Position numbers and translations under genes: made by a program. Shown here in pieces: positions 24,685 through 39,100 of a stretch of DNA of 64,000 bases (the first letter of the stretch is position 1; the number at the start of each line of letters is the position of its first letter). The stretch lies in assembly GCA_040954595.2 (NCBI GenBank), contig CM082582.2, positions 11,337,483 through 11,401,482 on the forward strand, in the 5' to 3' direction. The notes under the pieces are model-generated. The model was not told the DNA's origin, did not search any database, and was given only the letters and a program-made list of their open reading frames with translations. The stretch is from Balanoglossus misakiensis (lineage: Eukaryota > Animalia > Hemichordata).

Positions 24685-27600
24685 ATGAAAATGGCGAGCA
24701 TCCTAATGCTACCGCCTGAGCTTCTCACGTATATGTTATCGTTTTTGGATGGAACTGACCTCCCCAGCGTTTCTCTAGTTTGCAAGAGATTCAAAGAAGC
24801 CGTCGACGTACAGTGGGTTTGGCAGAAACGATGCAGGCAAGGTAGGAATGACGTAAAACCCAACTAGATGTGTAAGGACTCACTGGTCGGTCGACAGACT
24901 TTGTTGTCAATGTCAGATGTGTGTTGTGATCAAAGACTGCAGGACCAGATGACTGAGATGTATGTGTGATATGATATGATATGAAACTTAGAATTATTTG
25001 ATCATTGAAGTTTTTTCTGAGCATGCTGTTTTTGTTTCATATCATCTCTCTAGCGCAGATTTATGTAGCTTTCAGTTCTTCTTTCTCACATCTGTTTGTT
25101 TCATATGTATGACTATTGTAAAGCATCATTATAGTATACAGTGTTTCAATTTTTTTCCAAACAGAATATGGTGTTGATAGTCTGAATGGCTGGAAAAACC
25201 AATCATATAGAACAGTTTTTACAAAAAGTAAGTATACACATCACTGTTCCTGATGATTACAACTTACAAGTGAAGTTTACAATATAAAATGGATGACCCA
25301 AATATATGGTGTTGAATTATAACTCAATTATTGGTATTAACTATTAAGCCACTCAGAAAGTGTCCATTTCCATTTCTCCTGTCTCTTTCCATATGACAGT
25401 TCTTCATCACTATGGCTATATCTTTGGGCTTTGGCAACCAGAAATTGGTCCCTATGGGGGCCTTGTGCATATCTCTGTAAGTATTACCCTGTCACCAAAG
25501 TGAAGTCTCGGGCAATGATTTTGATATAAATGCAGTGATCAATACATATGTGAAACCTGTCTGAAATATACTTGTATTGATTACCCCACTTCAGGTTTTC
25601 ACTGAAATCTTGAAATGATGGTCTTGTCAGATGTATAATGGCAGATTTTTTGGAGACAGTCACATTTGCTGTGTTGCTGCACTAAATGTACATACCATGA
25701 TCTATCATCTCAGTTCTGTTGACTTAAGGCAAAATCAAACATTTGAACAATGATGATTGATTTGACATATTAATGTGTTCTGTAGAATATATTATTCCGA
25801 AGGTTTGGAAGTATTACCGATGTCTGTCAAAATGACTGGTTGAATGTAAAATGCTTCCCTAAATCAGATTCTAGTAAGCGTAAGAAATGAAGGCATGTTT
25901 TGAATCCTTGATTTGATCACCTGTTGTCATAGTAACAAATAACCAATGGTCTCTTTTGACAGGTTGTGGACGGGTCAATCCTTGCCACCCAGCTTCTTCC
26001 ACCTTGTGATCCTAATGTCACCGCACCCTTGAGAAAGAAACCACTGTTCTCAGTAACTCTGAACGATGAAAACAGAACAGAAGTCCGGTGCCTTAAAGGA
26101 CCCAAGGGACCTCATAAATGTGTTATTAATGCAACCAGTGTGAGTACGGCATTAGAAAATAAAATGAATGATATGCAGAAATAATTTATGATCTTTTCTC
26201 AAGTTTTTATCTTGATAAAATGTCCAGGTCCTCTATATGGCTTTTTTTCTGTTTTAATATTTCAGGAAGATAGCAGAGACTCTTTCTGTACAAAATGTTG
26301 CAAACCAGATAAACACAGGCATCCAGGGGGCAGGCATGAGGTATGGTGACATTAGAGAAATACGCAGTATACTATTCTATAAAAAGAAAAAGAATTTTAA
26401 AAATTTACATTATTGTAGATCTAAAAATAATACTTTAAAATGCCTTCAGAAGGAAGCTCTGGAAATCTCTTTCGGGGGTCACAGAATGTCCTCGGATTTT
26501 AACTTTATGAATCTAGTAAAGATTAGACTACACACGTGGTAGTGGCGCAGGCTCAGTTTATCATGTCCTTTAAGACTTTCTGATTGATCTGTCTGTGTGT
26601 GTCCAGGAATTCCGGTGTTGGTTGGAAGAGGAACAGGGTAGCTCCAATGAAAATTTACATGACCTTATACGAGAACTTCTACTCATGAAATTTATGATAA
26701 CAAATCAATATGAGTAAGTATTCACACAAGTTTAACCATCAATTTGTGTGCTTTTACTGTTCCACTTTTGAACTATCTTGTGTCTTACCCTGTTCAGAAA
26801 TATTTATTACCATCAAACTCCTGAGATGTCTCACAGTTGTTTTACATCAACAGAACTGTATGTCTTTACAAGAGGATAAATCTTCCAGCTCCTATGCAAG
26901 ATGTTCCCATCCAACCGGGACTGTTCAAAGGTACCTACGGCAGCCATGGTGTGGAGATAGTTAACGTGTCCTATAAAGAGGACAAAATACACGGCACGAA
27001 AGTTACGGTAAGTCAAAAAATTGTCCCATACTGGTTTGTAGCAGTTTGAACTGTGATGGCTGTCAAATCAACGCACGTCAATAATTACTATACCAACAGG
27101 AAAGCCAAAATATTGACAGCGTTGGCATTCTTGCATCTCCCAACAGGGGGATCCTAACGTTCCTGCTTGTCAGCTGAGCATAGAAGCTGACCTGACCAGT
27201 CCCATGGTGTTGACGGCCGAACAGCAAGAGACACTGACCATCTTGGAAGGTCTGGACATGGACGACGTCATCGTCAGGGATCCGAACTCCCAGCAGCACT
27301 CACCCCAGCCTTTCAAGCTGCCGTCCGGCGTGTCCGACAGAGGGTTGAATCAGTTTGGGGGTGGCAGAACTATTCAGACATGCCGAGCAAGGTGAGTTGT
27401 GTGGAGTGACCGTGGTTTGAACTGATTGATAGAGTTGCTGTGGAAGGAAGAGCATCTGATGTGGTCTCTAGAGGGCGCCCTGACCAACCGCCACATGTCC
27501 TGGTACATTCACACAATAGGACTCAACATTAATTTTTTGTGACTATTCAGTTCGAACACCATTTTCTGAAGGTGATAGTCTACCATGGTTGTCGATCTGG

Positions 27601-27827
27601 TTGCTACTACGTAAAACCAACAAGTGCGGTTGAGGTTCTAAATGTTGCATTCATGTCTGTCACATCCCAGGTACTTTGGCACTGGACTCATTGCCAGCCA
27701 TGGTTTCATGAACTCCTCCAGAACCCTTGGACACCTCGTCATATTCGACAACAACTTCTTCGGTTTCCTCTGGCTTGAACTACGCTCCCTCAGTGTCTAC
27801 AGCAGGGTGCTCGATGATCTGAACTGA
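24685..27827 (+). CDS. FBXO31: F-box only protein 31
   Basis: Exons 24685-24841 (F-box LPPELLTYMLSFL), 25165-25227, 25400-25476 (GLWQPEIGPYGGL), 25963-26139, 26266-26340, 26607-26713, 26854-27007 (PGLFKGTYGSHGVEIV), 27147-27391 (GDPNVPA) and 27671-27827 (YFGTGLIASHGF..FGFLWLELRSLSVY). Motifs match FBXO31. Confidence 0.93.
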
Positions 27828-30067
27828 GAATGCTATACAATAGTTTTAGTTCCTCATCACAGTCTTTCTAATCATGTTTGTATGACATAAGAAAGCCTCT
27901 GTAATTTGTTAAGTTATTATGCTGTGAAAATGATAATACTAAATTATAATTGTAGAAGTAACATAATTTGCCACAAGTGTGTGGTGTTGGCCAGAAGGTT
28001 AGGGGTCAGTTGGAAGAAAAGTTTGCTGTCGCCTGGCTCAGAACAGCCATATTCACCGTTACCCGTATCTGTGTGTTGTGGGCCATATTTTGACTATATT
28101 ACAGGACATTTTGGTATGTATTACAAGCAAAATTACATAACGGTATGTAGTTTTCATCATTAAATTATCTTAGTTCATGTTGTTGTTTTTAATGTTGCAG
28201 CCGAATAATGTTTTGTATATGTCTGTATGATTCACAAATAGAAAAAAAATTAATATATACTTAAAATAGATGCTCCTGTTGTTATAGCGACATCTTTGTA
28301 CATACATCATGATATGATTACAAAAAAATAAATTTATATAGACTGCAATAAGCATGTAATTGTAGAATTTATAGAATATTGTCACAACTTTTTGCATGAT
28401 TTTTACTAGTATTTATTCTGGATTTAATATTTACAATTAAAAAGAAGTATCTGATTTTTTGGCTCCATTAGTTTTTGTCATGTTGTCCAATTTCGGCACC
28501 CATTAGATGAGTTTTACATGGTCGAATCTAGTCATCAATTGAGAGAACAGTTCTTAGAACCACCCGTAAGATCTCAGACTTCACCTGTTTGTATCTTATG
28601 TCTAGTCTTGTGTATATCCCTACTGCAAAAGCCTAGAGCGAAGAAAATAATGTTGGTTCAAGCAAGGGTCAGACGCAGACCTGAAGGATAATTATCTTGT
28701 AATTGCGTTGCTAAGTGTGGAAACAACAAGTATTAATTTCATTGAGAGGGACAGTAATTCGGAACATCCTGTATATTTGATATGACAAATGACAAAAATA
28801 TCTAACAGACTGCCGATTTATCTGAAACATGGAATGGCATGCCCTAAATAATTGTGGTGATCCTGCCATTGACATACAATTTTTGTGTCATCAAAGGCTA
28901 TCAATTTTGGTGGTTATTTCACTGCTCTCCAAGGCTTACACTGGCCACTGGCAAGTGACAAATTAGATGTACATGTACCTCTCTAAAGAGGATTCCACAC
29001 AAATTTTCAGCACTGCGATATGTGTTTTCCCATCAAGTTTTCAGACATGCCGAGTCAATGACAACACCCACCTCCCTTTCCAAGAATCAAAGGAAGGATG
29101 TTTGAAACAAAGGTGAGGGAAAACAAGGCTGTTGGGTGACCAATAGTGCATGCACTTTCCATTACCTCTTGTGGAATGAGGTCATGATCTGCATCCTGCA
29201 TTATATTCAAGGGAAGAGCAGTTGGCACACCCGGGTTCCAATGTCATGCAGTTTCTACAATAGTGGCTATTAGAACTTGACAGTTGGTTCATAGTTTGAG
29301 AAAAAATGCAATAACACTGGATTATTACTTAATTACACATCTTTATTTTATAAATTTTCATAGAGAAGAAAATGTGACTTCTCATAATAATAATCTCATA
29401 ATTTCAAAACGCATTGCAGAAAGACAAATCCAAAGCAAAAAATTCCAGGAGAGGAACTAGTCACCCCTACTCAGAAAAGCGAGTCAAAGTTATGGCACAT
29501 ATACAGATTTCATCAGTAAATGCTAAGATAAAGCTTTATTAAAGTCAATCAAGATTTTTATAACAACATCCCCCCTCCTCCAAAGATGTAGATAATACAA
29601 TGTATTTACTCAAAACACATCACTGTAATTAAAAACACCATTTTATTGACAGATGAACTCTGTTAATCATGTAGATTTTTGGCAAGCATGGTCATATTTG
29701 ATACATGTACCCACATGGTGGTATTCTATTTTTTTGGTGCATCGAATTATCCCAACTACTGCATGACATGACATGTACTACCACATTGCATGGATGGAGT
29801 TAAAGCTGGTGCCACTATTGGCCAAAGTTGACCTGCCTGGGGTCTGGCCTCCAGCCCCTTTTGGGTTCCAGCTGCAGGGATATGCAAGAGTTCAGCAGGT
29901 AAGGGTAGTCAAGGTGATATGCAAAATCAGCTGCAGGTCACTTCCTAGTTATGCCACATGGATGACAAAAATATAAAGAGGTGGGCAGGTCAAAGTTCAA
30001 TCTGCAAAATCATGTCTGATTACACTAACTGAACAGATGAATATTTCATTTGAAAATTATCCTGAGT

Positions 30068-32765
30068 CTACGTCACATTAGTTTCATTTGTGTCAGAACC
30101 CTCCTTCTCCTTTTCTTTTTGTTGTTCAACTTTTCCTTTCTCTTTTGCCAGGTACAGTTTTTTCAACGTTTCTGCCATCTTGGACGCCCTCTCATCATTG
30201 CCGAATTCTTCCCTCCACTTGGCGATCACCCTGACCTGTTTGGGCGAGAGTTCACCGATCCGATGACCCTGCTGCTGTCGTCTCTTGAAGTCCTGTTTGT
30301 CATCAGATGATAAAAAAATAATGATGATGATGAAATCTGTTGCAGGGAAGTGCATCAAGCTGGTGAAAACAGTGTTGTCAGTTAATTATGTGGGAAGAGT
30401 CCAAGGTTATGGGGCGTTAAGCAAATTAGTTGTACCATAGACAGTACTACTGTCTATGGTTGTACACATGAATTCAGTGTTAATGCTATATCAAGGTAAT
30501 AATGCCAAGATATCCTGTTACAATATGGTGAGATATATTCTGCCAATCATTCTGCTTGCATGAGTCCCCTCGATACTTTACCTGATTGGGACTGAAGTCA
30601 AAATTGTTTGACTTGGTTCCATTTTTGATGACAGAATCTGTGTGCTTTATCCATGATTGTTATAACAATGTGTATTCACTGATATTGTTAGTATTTACAC
30701 CAAAAAAGCACACATGAAATGTTAGGTGTGGATTTGACCGGTCTCTTAGAGTCTTACCCATTCCAGTAAGTCGGGCATCTGTATTGTGAGCAGTGATTTC
30801 CAATACTAATATAAATATCCACAGCAAGGTTGCAGGGAAGATATGAAAACATGCAGTGAGTGAGAAACATGCAGGAAATAATAACACAGCCGATAAAAAA
30901 ATTCACAGGCCAATAAGTGGAGATGTGAAAGTCCACAAAAAGCATCATCATTTGGAAAGTCTATGACCTGTGAATTTTTCCAGAGTTGCTGGACGTCATG
31001 CAAAGTAAAATATTAGGTAAACGGGTAAAGAGAGGGGGATTACTGTATTAAGTGGTCAGGTTTGATTTTTTTTGTCAGAATGCAGTGCTGTAGACTAGCT
31101 TTTTGAGGCAAGGCAGAACGGGTATGCTTCAAATGATCAGCATATCTGTGCTGTTGATCACTTTCATTTCAGTGGGCATAGTAAAGGAAACGTGATTGGA
31201 TAATATTGACCTCTGTTCTCTTTGTAGACCAACAGAACGACTTGACATATAATAGCATACCTGCTGGGTGTCTTTGTGTTCTACTATGTGTACTCTATGG
31301 ACTCTTGAAGTTGGTGCCGTTGATGATCTTCCATAATTGTTATATCTCACTTCCACTGTTTCTGCAGTTGTGCCCGAACCGGGTTCACTGAAGGAAACCA
31401 AAAAGAAGACTATGGTCAGAGTAGATGTCGACCTGTGAGTTTGATCATGATCTATGTCATGAGGAAGAATGGTGCCTCTGATTGGCTGATTTACGAATTA
31501 TGTCAAAGGTCACCACCTCTTACCTTGCCCTTCTGCCTCTCTGGTCTCTGGTTGTGTCGTAGCTTGGGAACATGGAATTACCGGACAGTGCTGGCCTCTT
31601 GGTTGGTGGCCTGATTTTTCTGACATCTTTGTATTTTACCATCATGCCGTGCCTCCTCGGAGCTGTGAAGTATCTCCTGCCTTTGTAAATACCACAGTGT
31701 AATCCTACGTTGTCATCTAACTGCACTCCTACATAGATGTCAGGTGCTATCAGGTCGGTGTCTAGCGGTCCTATGAACTTTACAGTACCTGATGGAAGAC
31801 AAGGAGTCTTTAGGACTGCTGCAGTTTTTTGCATGAACCTGAACATTCAATTTGACAAGCATCCAATACTTTGTTAAACAAAGACAGGATTGGTTCAAAG
31901 TGTGGGAATGAGATGGTTGACTTTACAAACCTGTATACTTTCCTTTAACTAATACTCTATCACCGATTTTCACCCATATTGTATGGACTCTCTGTAACGG
32001 CAACTTCTGTTTTTTCAGTGAGAAAGTGCCTTCTTGTTTTTTGCTTGGTGGGACCACGACTAGCTTGGCCAGGTCATCTGGAATATCTGACCTGTAGAAA
32101 TTCCTACATAAGGAACACCGGCAACAGAAATCATCTATGATAACTGCTTCCTGTTGAGATAATACAAAGATATGAACATCATGTCAATCAGCAGATGGTT
32201 ATGACAGAAGACAATTATACAGTGGCATGAATGATGGCTTATTTTGCCAACATAGTTGTCAGTGACGGGTATGGTCACTCACATACTATATTTGACTAAA
32301 ACCTCCATCATCCATAGATAAAACTGCAGATGCACTGAAATGTACATCAAAATAAACTTTCCTGATCAGATCAAGCTGTGTCTGCTAAATTCACATCCAC
32401 ATCCGATACGATGGACTTGGTCAAGTGTCTTGGATGACCTGTCGGTTTATGAACCTATCCTTCCTGGCACTGAAGTCACACACTGACTCAGTTACTGAGT
32501 TAGTCAGTATTGAGTGAGTGAGTCACTTTGCCATCAACATCATAACACTAGTCACTACACTTGTTTTGCTCTGGGTGCATGCACTGGGCTGATCTGATTT
32601 CTGTAAGAAGCTGCCTTACAATGTACTTACTTTTCCATGTTTCTTAACTTTTCTTTCGCTGTGCGGTCTTCGATCTAACATTGGCAAGTTGTCTGAGTTC
32701 CTCACGTTGGTTGTCCATGGACGTACAACCTGTGGGGCACTGTTGCTACGCTTGTCCGCCATCAT
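30068..32765 (-). CDS. Small CAP-Gly domain protein with C-terminal coiled-coil-like tail
   Basis: Exons about 32765-32631, 32091-31931 (VKIGDRVLVKGKYT), 31788-31524 (GTVKFIG..YVGVQLDDNVGLHCGIYKGRRYF..HGMMV), 31387-31261 and 30292-30068. A phase mismatch between the first two exons implies one small unresolved exon, possibly near 32283-32323. Confidence 0.78.
30429..30465. mobile_element. Transposon excision footprint (P-superfamily-like): 23-bp palindrome with 7-bp TSD
   Basis: GTTGTAC-CATAGACAGTACTACTGTCTATG-GTTGTAC. Confidence 0.6.
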
Positions 32766-33159
32766 ATAAATAATCAGCTGTCCTCCAGTGAATATCTCGC
32801 GGGATGATAAGCAATCTCGCTTTTTACGAGAATGGTCACACTCGGTTCGACTACGTATCGGAAACTTTCGGCGTATATTCGGTAGAATGGAATGTACCAT
32901 TTTTTTAACTCTGGGGTGTAACAGTTTGGGAGGTTGCACAATCTTTATGGAAACCCATATATCTGAATCATTTAAATAAATTTGGAAAGAAGTCGTATTC
33001 AGAAATATACAGCGTTTATATTGAGTGCTCAATTTGCATCTTTTTCATTAGCACGTTCAAGATTATTTCCTTGACATTTTTTGTTCGAATTACATCGCAC
33101 CTGTAATTTTTTTTGGCCAATGGGGTGGGTTGTTTCATCCCTCGTGGATAGGAGGCAAC
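32766..33159. promoter_or_regulatory. Probable bidirectional promoter between the CAP-Gly gene and PPP4R1
   Basis: Divergent ATGs about 400 bp apart; CpG-rich with TCTCGCG near 32795 and CCAAT at about 33117. Confidence 0.55.
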
Positions 33160-36100
33160 ATGGCGGGTGAGTCACAGACCTAACCCTATGAATTTGCCGG
33201 ATTTTTGTAAATCAGGATTCAAACTAGCTCTTTTCTTTCCATTTGCAGACATTGTGCTGTTGGGGAACGAGGGAGATTTCGACTCGGATGACCGTAAGTA
33301 CACAGGAATTCGTTTATTTGGTTCAGTTTTGCACAGAAAAGTTTCTCATTACCTTAGCGGCTGACTGGAAAAATGCTCGCAGTCTGTGCGAGATCATCTC
33401 CGGTTCCTGTTTCTTTTTCACGGCTTTTAAAATTTCGCTTATTCATTTTCTCTGTAAAATGTCAGTTTTCATGTAGATTACGATACATTCTTAACTGTAT
33501 TGGGAGCAGACAGTGTCGAGGTCCGATTTGTTTCGCGATGGTTTAGAAAATGTGGGTCAAAATTGAATTCATGGTCTGTATTATAAATGCGTCCAGTCGA
33601 ATACGTCATGTACATTTCTCCAATGCGGTGTTTTTTCCTCTAGTTTTGAACGGGATATAAATTGAATCCACGTAGCCGTTGCCAAGTTTTCCACTTCCCG
33701 GTGCTACGTGTTAGTCGATTTTTAGCAGTTTGGAAGGATGTGACAATTTTAACATCAAATCTTTCAAGCGATTAGACATCGACTTTGCTTGATTTCCCTA
33801 CCGGCCACTTGTTGTCGCTGATCAGTGCGCCAGCGGGCTGCAGCAACGAGTAGTTTATCACATTCTCTAATCAGATATTTCACATTTGGCATGAACCACT
33901 CTTTGCGCCAAAGTCCACGTCACAATCAGTGCATGTGACTTTTAAAATTAGTTATGTCAAGATTACGTGTGTTTGTTTCACCATGGACGTCCATGGTTTC
34001 ACAATGATTGAATGAAATCGACATGTTTTTTAGCCCATAGGCCCTGATCATACGTCAGAAGGCTAGGCGTTTGCCCTTTCCTACACGGTATTGTTAATCA
34101 GTTAACCGTGTCAGTCCTTGGGCTTTAACATACTCGAATATGTTTGACCAAATGCCAGTTTTGACCAAAGGGTTGGCGTTCTTACTGGTATTAAAAGCTT
34201 CCCGCTGTAAATTACAAACTGCAGATGTCTTGAAAGACACTTGTTTGTTCCTTAAGTGAACAACCATCTGTTTATCAATGAGATTCCTTTCTGAAATCAG
34301 ATTCTACTGGGGCTGCGCTCTTTGTATTGGTCTAGAGTTACAATATTCCACGTTGTCAGGTCAGTACAGCCATGTTATAGCAGTATCTTGGGTGGACGTC
34401 ATAATTCAGTGGCATGATGTCGCCACATCAGCAACGGTACTTACAGGCATCACTGATAACAGAGACATAAAGTTAAACTCCGCACATGGCCATCAGAAAC
34501 TTTCTCATTGATGTCAGATATGTGTTCACTAACTTGTCTAAACATGATTATGTGGCAATTTTGACCAGTGAATGAATGACTTTGAATTCAACCCCCACAT
34601 TATGTGTGAATGTGTATTGATATCAGAGTTCAATGGTTTGCTGACCATCAATGACGCTGTGGATGCCAAAGCCTTGTGTCTGTACACAGCATGAGTTGTG
34701 ATTTCTTTTTTTTTATTTTGATTGTCACAAGTATCATTTTAAAGCTACATGTATGAGAAGGTCAGTTTTCTTGTCATTTGAGAATATGATGTGTGTCTGG
34801 TCAGTTGTATGGTTTCATTTCTACTGACTTCCTGTAATAATCCAATGTCTGAGTGTTCATTGACTTAGAAATACTGTACAGTCATCCTGCACTAATCTTG
34901 AAAAGTCACTTGGTCACAGCTGAAGCATTTCTGGAGATGTCACTGGCTTTCATAAATATTACTTGTATCAAATCAGAAAAAATGTTGGTTTCTTGTTTGC
35001 TGCACTCAGCTGTTACCATTATTTGCTGGTGAATAAAGACATTGCAGAATGTTAGAATGATAAGCATAAGAGACTTTTTAGGGTAATTTGTTATGAAAGA
35101 AGAATTTAGAGGTGTACCCCACACATGTCCAATAAATTATCCTATATTATCGTTGGAGACTGGATGCATAAAAACACATGGATTGTCATCTATACTAATT
35201 GGAGTGATAATCATCTTGCCAATATAAAAATCAAGCCCAGTAATGAAAATGCCATTATTTGATAATTGACAATTATTTTACAGTACCTCTGGTTAGGGCC
35301 CCTGTAGGTACACATCTAATTCCCTCCTCTCACTGAGAGTCCTGCCACTGTTTGCAGTAGTAAATTTCATTTACATTGTGTCGTATTTTTCCCTTGCAAC
35401 AACTCTCCAGACATTTTCAGAGGCAAAATTGTGACTCCCTTGGCATAGATGTAAAAGTCAAGGAAAATAGCTTTTCTCCGAAGTATCTGTGGCGGCACTC
35501 CTTTGATCTTTGAGGATGCTGCACAGAACATCAGTGGGTCAAGGATTATCTCCGTAGGAATTTTAATTTATTGGCGAATGAGAAAAAAGACACGCAGCCA
35601 ACAGCCTGTGATATTTCTCTTGCGTTATTTGCATTTTGAACATTGTAGGTGTGTGAAAATTATCAACAAGTGTTCATGATCAAGTTATGAACAATATGAT
35701 TTTTATATTTAAAAAACCCCATAGAATCAGATGGTGAAATGTATCACTATCTGTATGATTCAGAACGGCCAAGATCAGACCACCATATTCACTACATTGC
35801 CTCCTTTTCTACTCCCGCCTGTGCTATTAACATATGTAATATATGTGACGTTTCAGAGCTCTCTCTTTCATAATACATGTACGTTGTAATGAATATCAAC
35901 TGAGCTGGTCAGCTTACCCTCCCTTCTCTGATAAATTAGCACTTGATTTTATTCAGGAAATCATACGATGATTTGTTAGTTTCTATTTTTTTTATCCATC
36001 AATAAACTGAATGTTCTGTGATTATCCAATTTAGTCTGTAATAAATACATAGGCATTGCCCATTTGATAATGATCAGGTATATTTTGGTTTCCATAGCAA

Positions 36101-39100
36101 CCAAATGTAAAATACCCCTGATAACGATTCCTGGATGCAGTTCATGAATTTTGATCTAATATAAGATGTATTTCATGCATATAATCTGTTAAATTAATCA
36201 TTTAGTTTCCATGGTGCAGATTGTATCTCAAGTTCATTATTTATCACTTTGAGTCGGAGGGGCCCATTAATTTCATATTGTCATGTGGAGAGCTCTTCTG
36301 GATTTCGTATTCAGAAACTCAAATCGTTGAAAAAATGTAATATTGATTTCCTGTGTCAATTGCTTATACCATAGTTTGTTTTGATGCATAATAGGTATGT
36401 TTTAATATTGAAACTAGTAATGAGGGAAATAATTTCTCACTATCTTATTACATAAAACTGATGCTGTATTTATGAGATGCTCTCTAGAAATACAGTATTG
36501 TAAACATCTCATTTTGCCTGCAGGCATGTTTGTGTTAATGCAAAGTGGTATTTCCTGTCCTTAACAGATTTTGCAAATGAGAGCTGAGAACAAAAGCTTT
36601 GCATGAGGAATATCTTGAAACTTACATGCGTTCTATCATCTTCACTGATAATGATCCCATAGTATGGATACTTGCAATATCTTCCGAGAAATTTTATTAC
36701 GATTCGGAGTGAACATTATGAGCTGATAATGATAGTCGCATATCTCTGCCATCTGTGATTCCTTGTCATCACGAAAGTCGCATGTTGTGCAAAAGCGGAA
36801 CAAAAATAATGGAAGGTGATATTATAAGTGAAAGTCTCAGTGTTACTGTGTATGTATGCAGTTCACAGGTTACAAAAACAGGATTTTTCATTCCTAATGT
36901 ATATCAAAGTTAATGATATCCTCAGCTGAAGAAATTTTACGTGTTCAAACCCGTAATGACAGGTAATCTAACCAGTGTTTCGTCAAACTGCTACTGCCAT
37001 TGTCCCAGTGTGAAGCAACCACTCTGTATTATTTACAGTACAATGTTCCCATTGTTGTCCCTGGTCAGTGTAGCTTTTATCGAATCAAAGGGTCAACAAC
37101 AATAAAGCAACAAGAAACTGTTATTGTTTATGAGACTGAAATGGAACATGCATTGATTGTGAAAGCTGTACATCAGGAAGACAAGAAGATCATGTAATCA
37201 GGTCATGTGGTTTCCATTAATTCACTCATCACGCCTCAAACAGTCTTTTTGTGTTATGAAGACCAGAGACAAATCCTATATCTGAGTAATGTACATGTAT
37301 GTGCTACTGCTAGGATGGTAGGCAAAATCTGATCAACTTAGCTCAATGTAAGAGTGCTGTTGTTTTTGAGCACTTCTTGCAGATGAGCAATTTTGAAAGT
37401 GCATTACAAAAAGGGAAGTTCTGTGGCAGTTTGCAAGATTATGATAATGCAGTGGGATATGAAAGTGATCAGCGTTTGAGAATGAAATGTACGGATGATG
37501 ATTAAGTCATAGCCAGCAACTGAGATGTAAATTTTATCATTTAATTATGTAAAATAGTGAAAAATGTGAGAACTGTCGCAAAGTATGTTGTGTGGTCAGA
37601 AAACTTTGATTGGCGAAAAACAGAGCCCTCTAGGAGAGTATAAAAAATCAGTGTCTCACCAGGGCTCTGAAAGATCAGAAACGTAATGCATTTCCCAGGC
37701 TAGATGGACAGTACATACTGGAGCATCTATACATGACATCTTGTCATGTATCCAGACATAGGGTTTCCCGTCTCCATTTGGAGAGAGACTGTGTATGATT
37801 GACAGGGCAGTAATCAGTGATCTTCTCCATACTGGGTTGGCGTGGACCGGCCCCCAGTAAATCAGCCCTGGAATACTACTGAACATAATAAAGTAACCTG
37901 TAACATGAGTACGCCGCTGCGGCTCAGTTCAAGCTGAAGCAGCAAATTATCGGGAGTGAGCGAGCTTGCGACATCATTTTAAACCGTGGCAGGCAGGAGG
38001 AATACTGACTCTGCGTGGACAGCCAGTCTTGGGGATAAAAGTTGTACATACTGACGGGCGTTTTGCGGTTTGATCATGGAGAAGTATCTGCTCGGAGGGA
38101 CTTGCTCCGACTATGACAACGTGAATGAGAAGTTGCTTCTGTCACCTTGCATTGCTATTCAGAGCAGGGGTAAGGATGGAATATCATCACTTAGAACTAA
38201 TTGTTTGGAAAAATGTGTGCACCTGAGAAAATGCTTAATGTTACATGTTGATGGGTTGTTTGGCTGGTTTTGCCACAGTCTGATGTGATGCTACTCATGA
38301 AGAGGCAGCACACACTGTTTTGAGAAAGAAGGTTTTTTGTCACATTTGTGGAACAATAATTTGGGGTTGGTGTAAATTCCTTTTGATAGGAGGCTTAAAA
38401 ATGTTCCAAATCGTGAAAGGCATCTGTACATCAATGTGTGGTCATGAATCTCGTTCTCTGCACCCCACGACATATCCAGAAGCCCAAATATGTTCTTCTG
38501 TCTTCACTTGTTCCATATTTTTTGGAAAAGTCATTACCGGTAGTTTCAAGAAAGTCACAAAGATCTTCATTCTCGTCCAGAAGATCTATAGTTTTAGGAA
38601 TGACAACAAAATAATTGTAAAACTGATGAGTTTCATGAAGAATAGATATCATTTTGTGAAGCTGTGGTGGATGTAGTTCCATTACAGAAACATGTCGGCG
38701 GAAAAAAGATGAGAAGTGAGCTATGTGACATTCTGGCGGCTTTTAATGACTATGATAAATGTGGGCGATGTTGTAATGTCCACCATTCCTCCCCAGTTCC
38801 CAGAAGTTTTTAAGTATGAAGTAATTGATACTATATCTGGATTAAGACGGCCAGAAAAGAAATATCGCTGGGTGCCAGAGGAACGAAAATAGCAAGATCA
38901 CTGGAGGTTGGAAACTGTTGCCATATGCACAGCTGCCCTTAGTGAATGAAGTCACGCACAAGGCATGATTGCAATGGTGGTTTTGGATTACTGCCCACAT
39001 GCCAAAGTCTGTGTAGAGCATTTTAGGACTGGCAGGCCGGCCTGGTGTAATTTAGGACAAGCTGGCAAAAGGACGCTCTGTCCCGCATGTTCGGTGATTA

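Noticed and set aside
33178-33190. CTAACCCTA as a telomerase RNA template
   Set aside because: Lies in an 82-nt intron with no pseudoknot or H/ACA domain visible.
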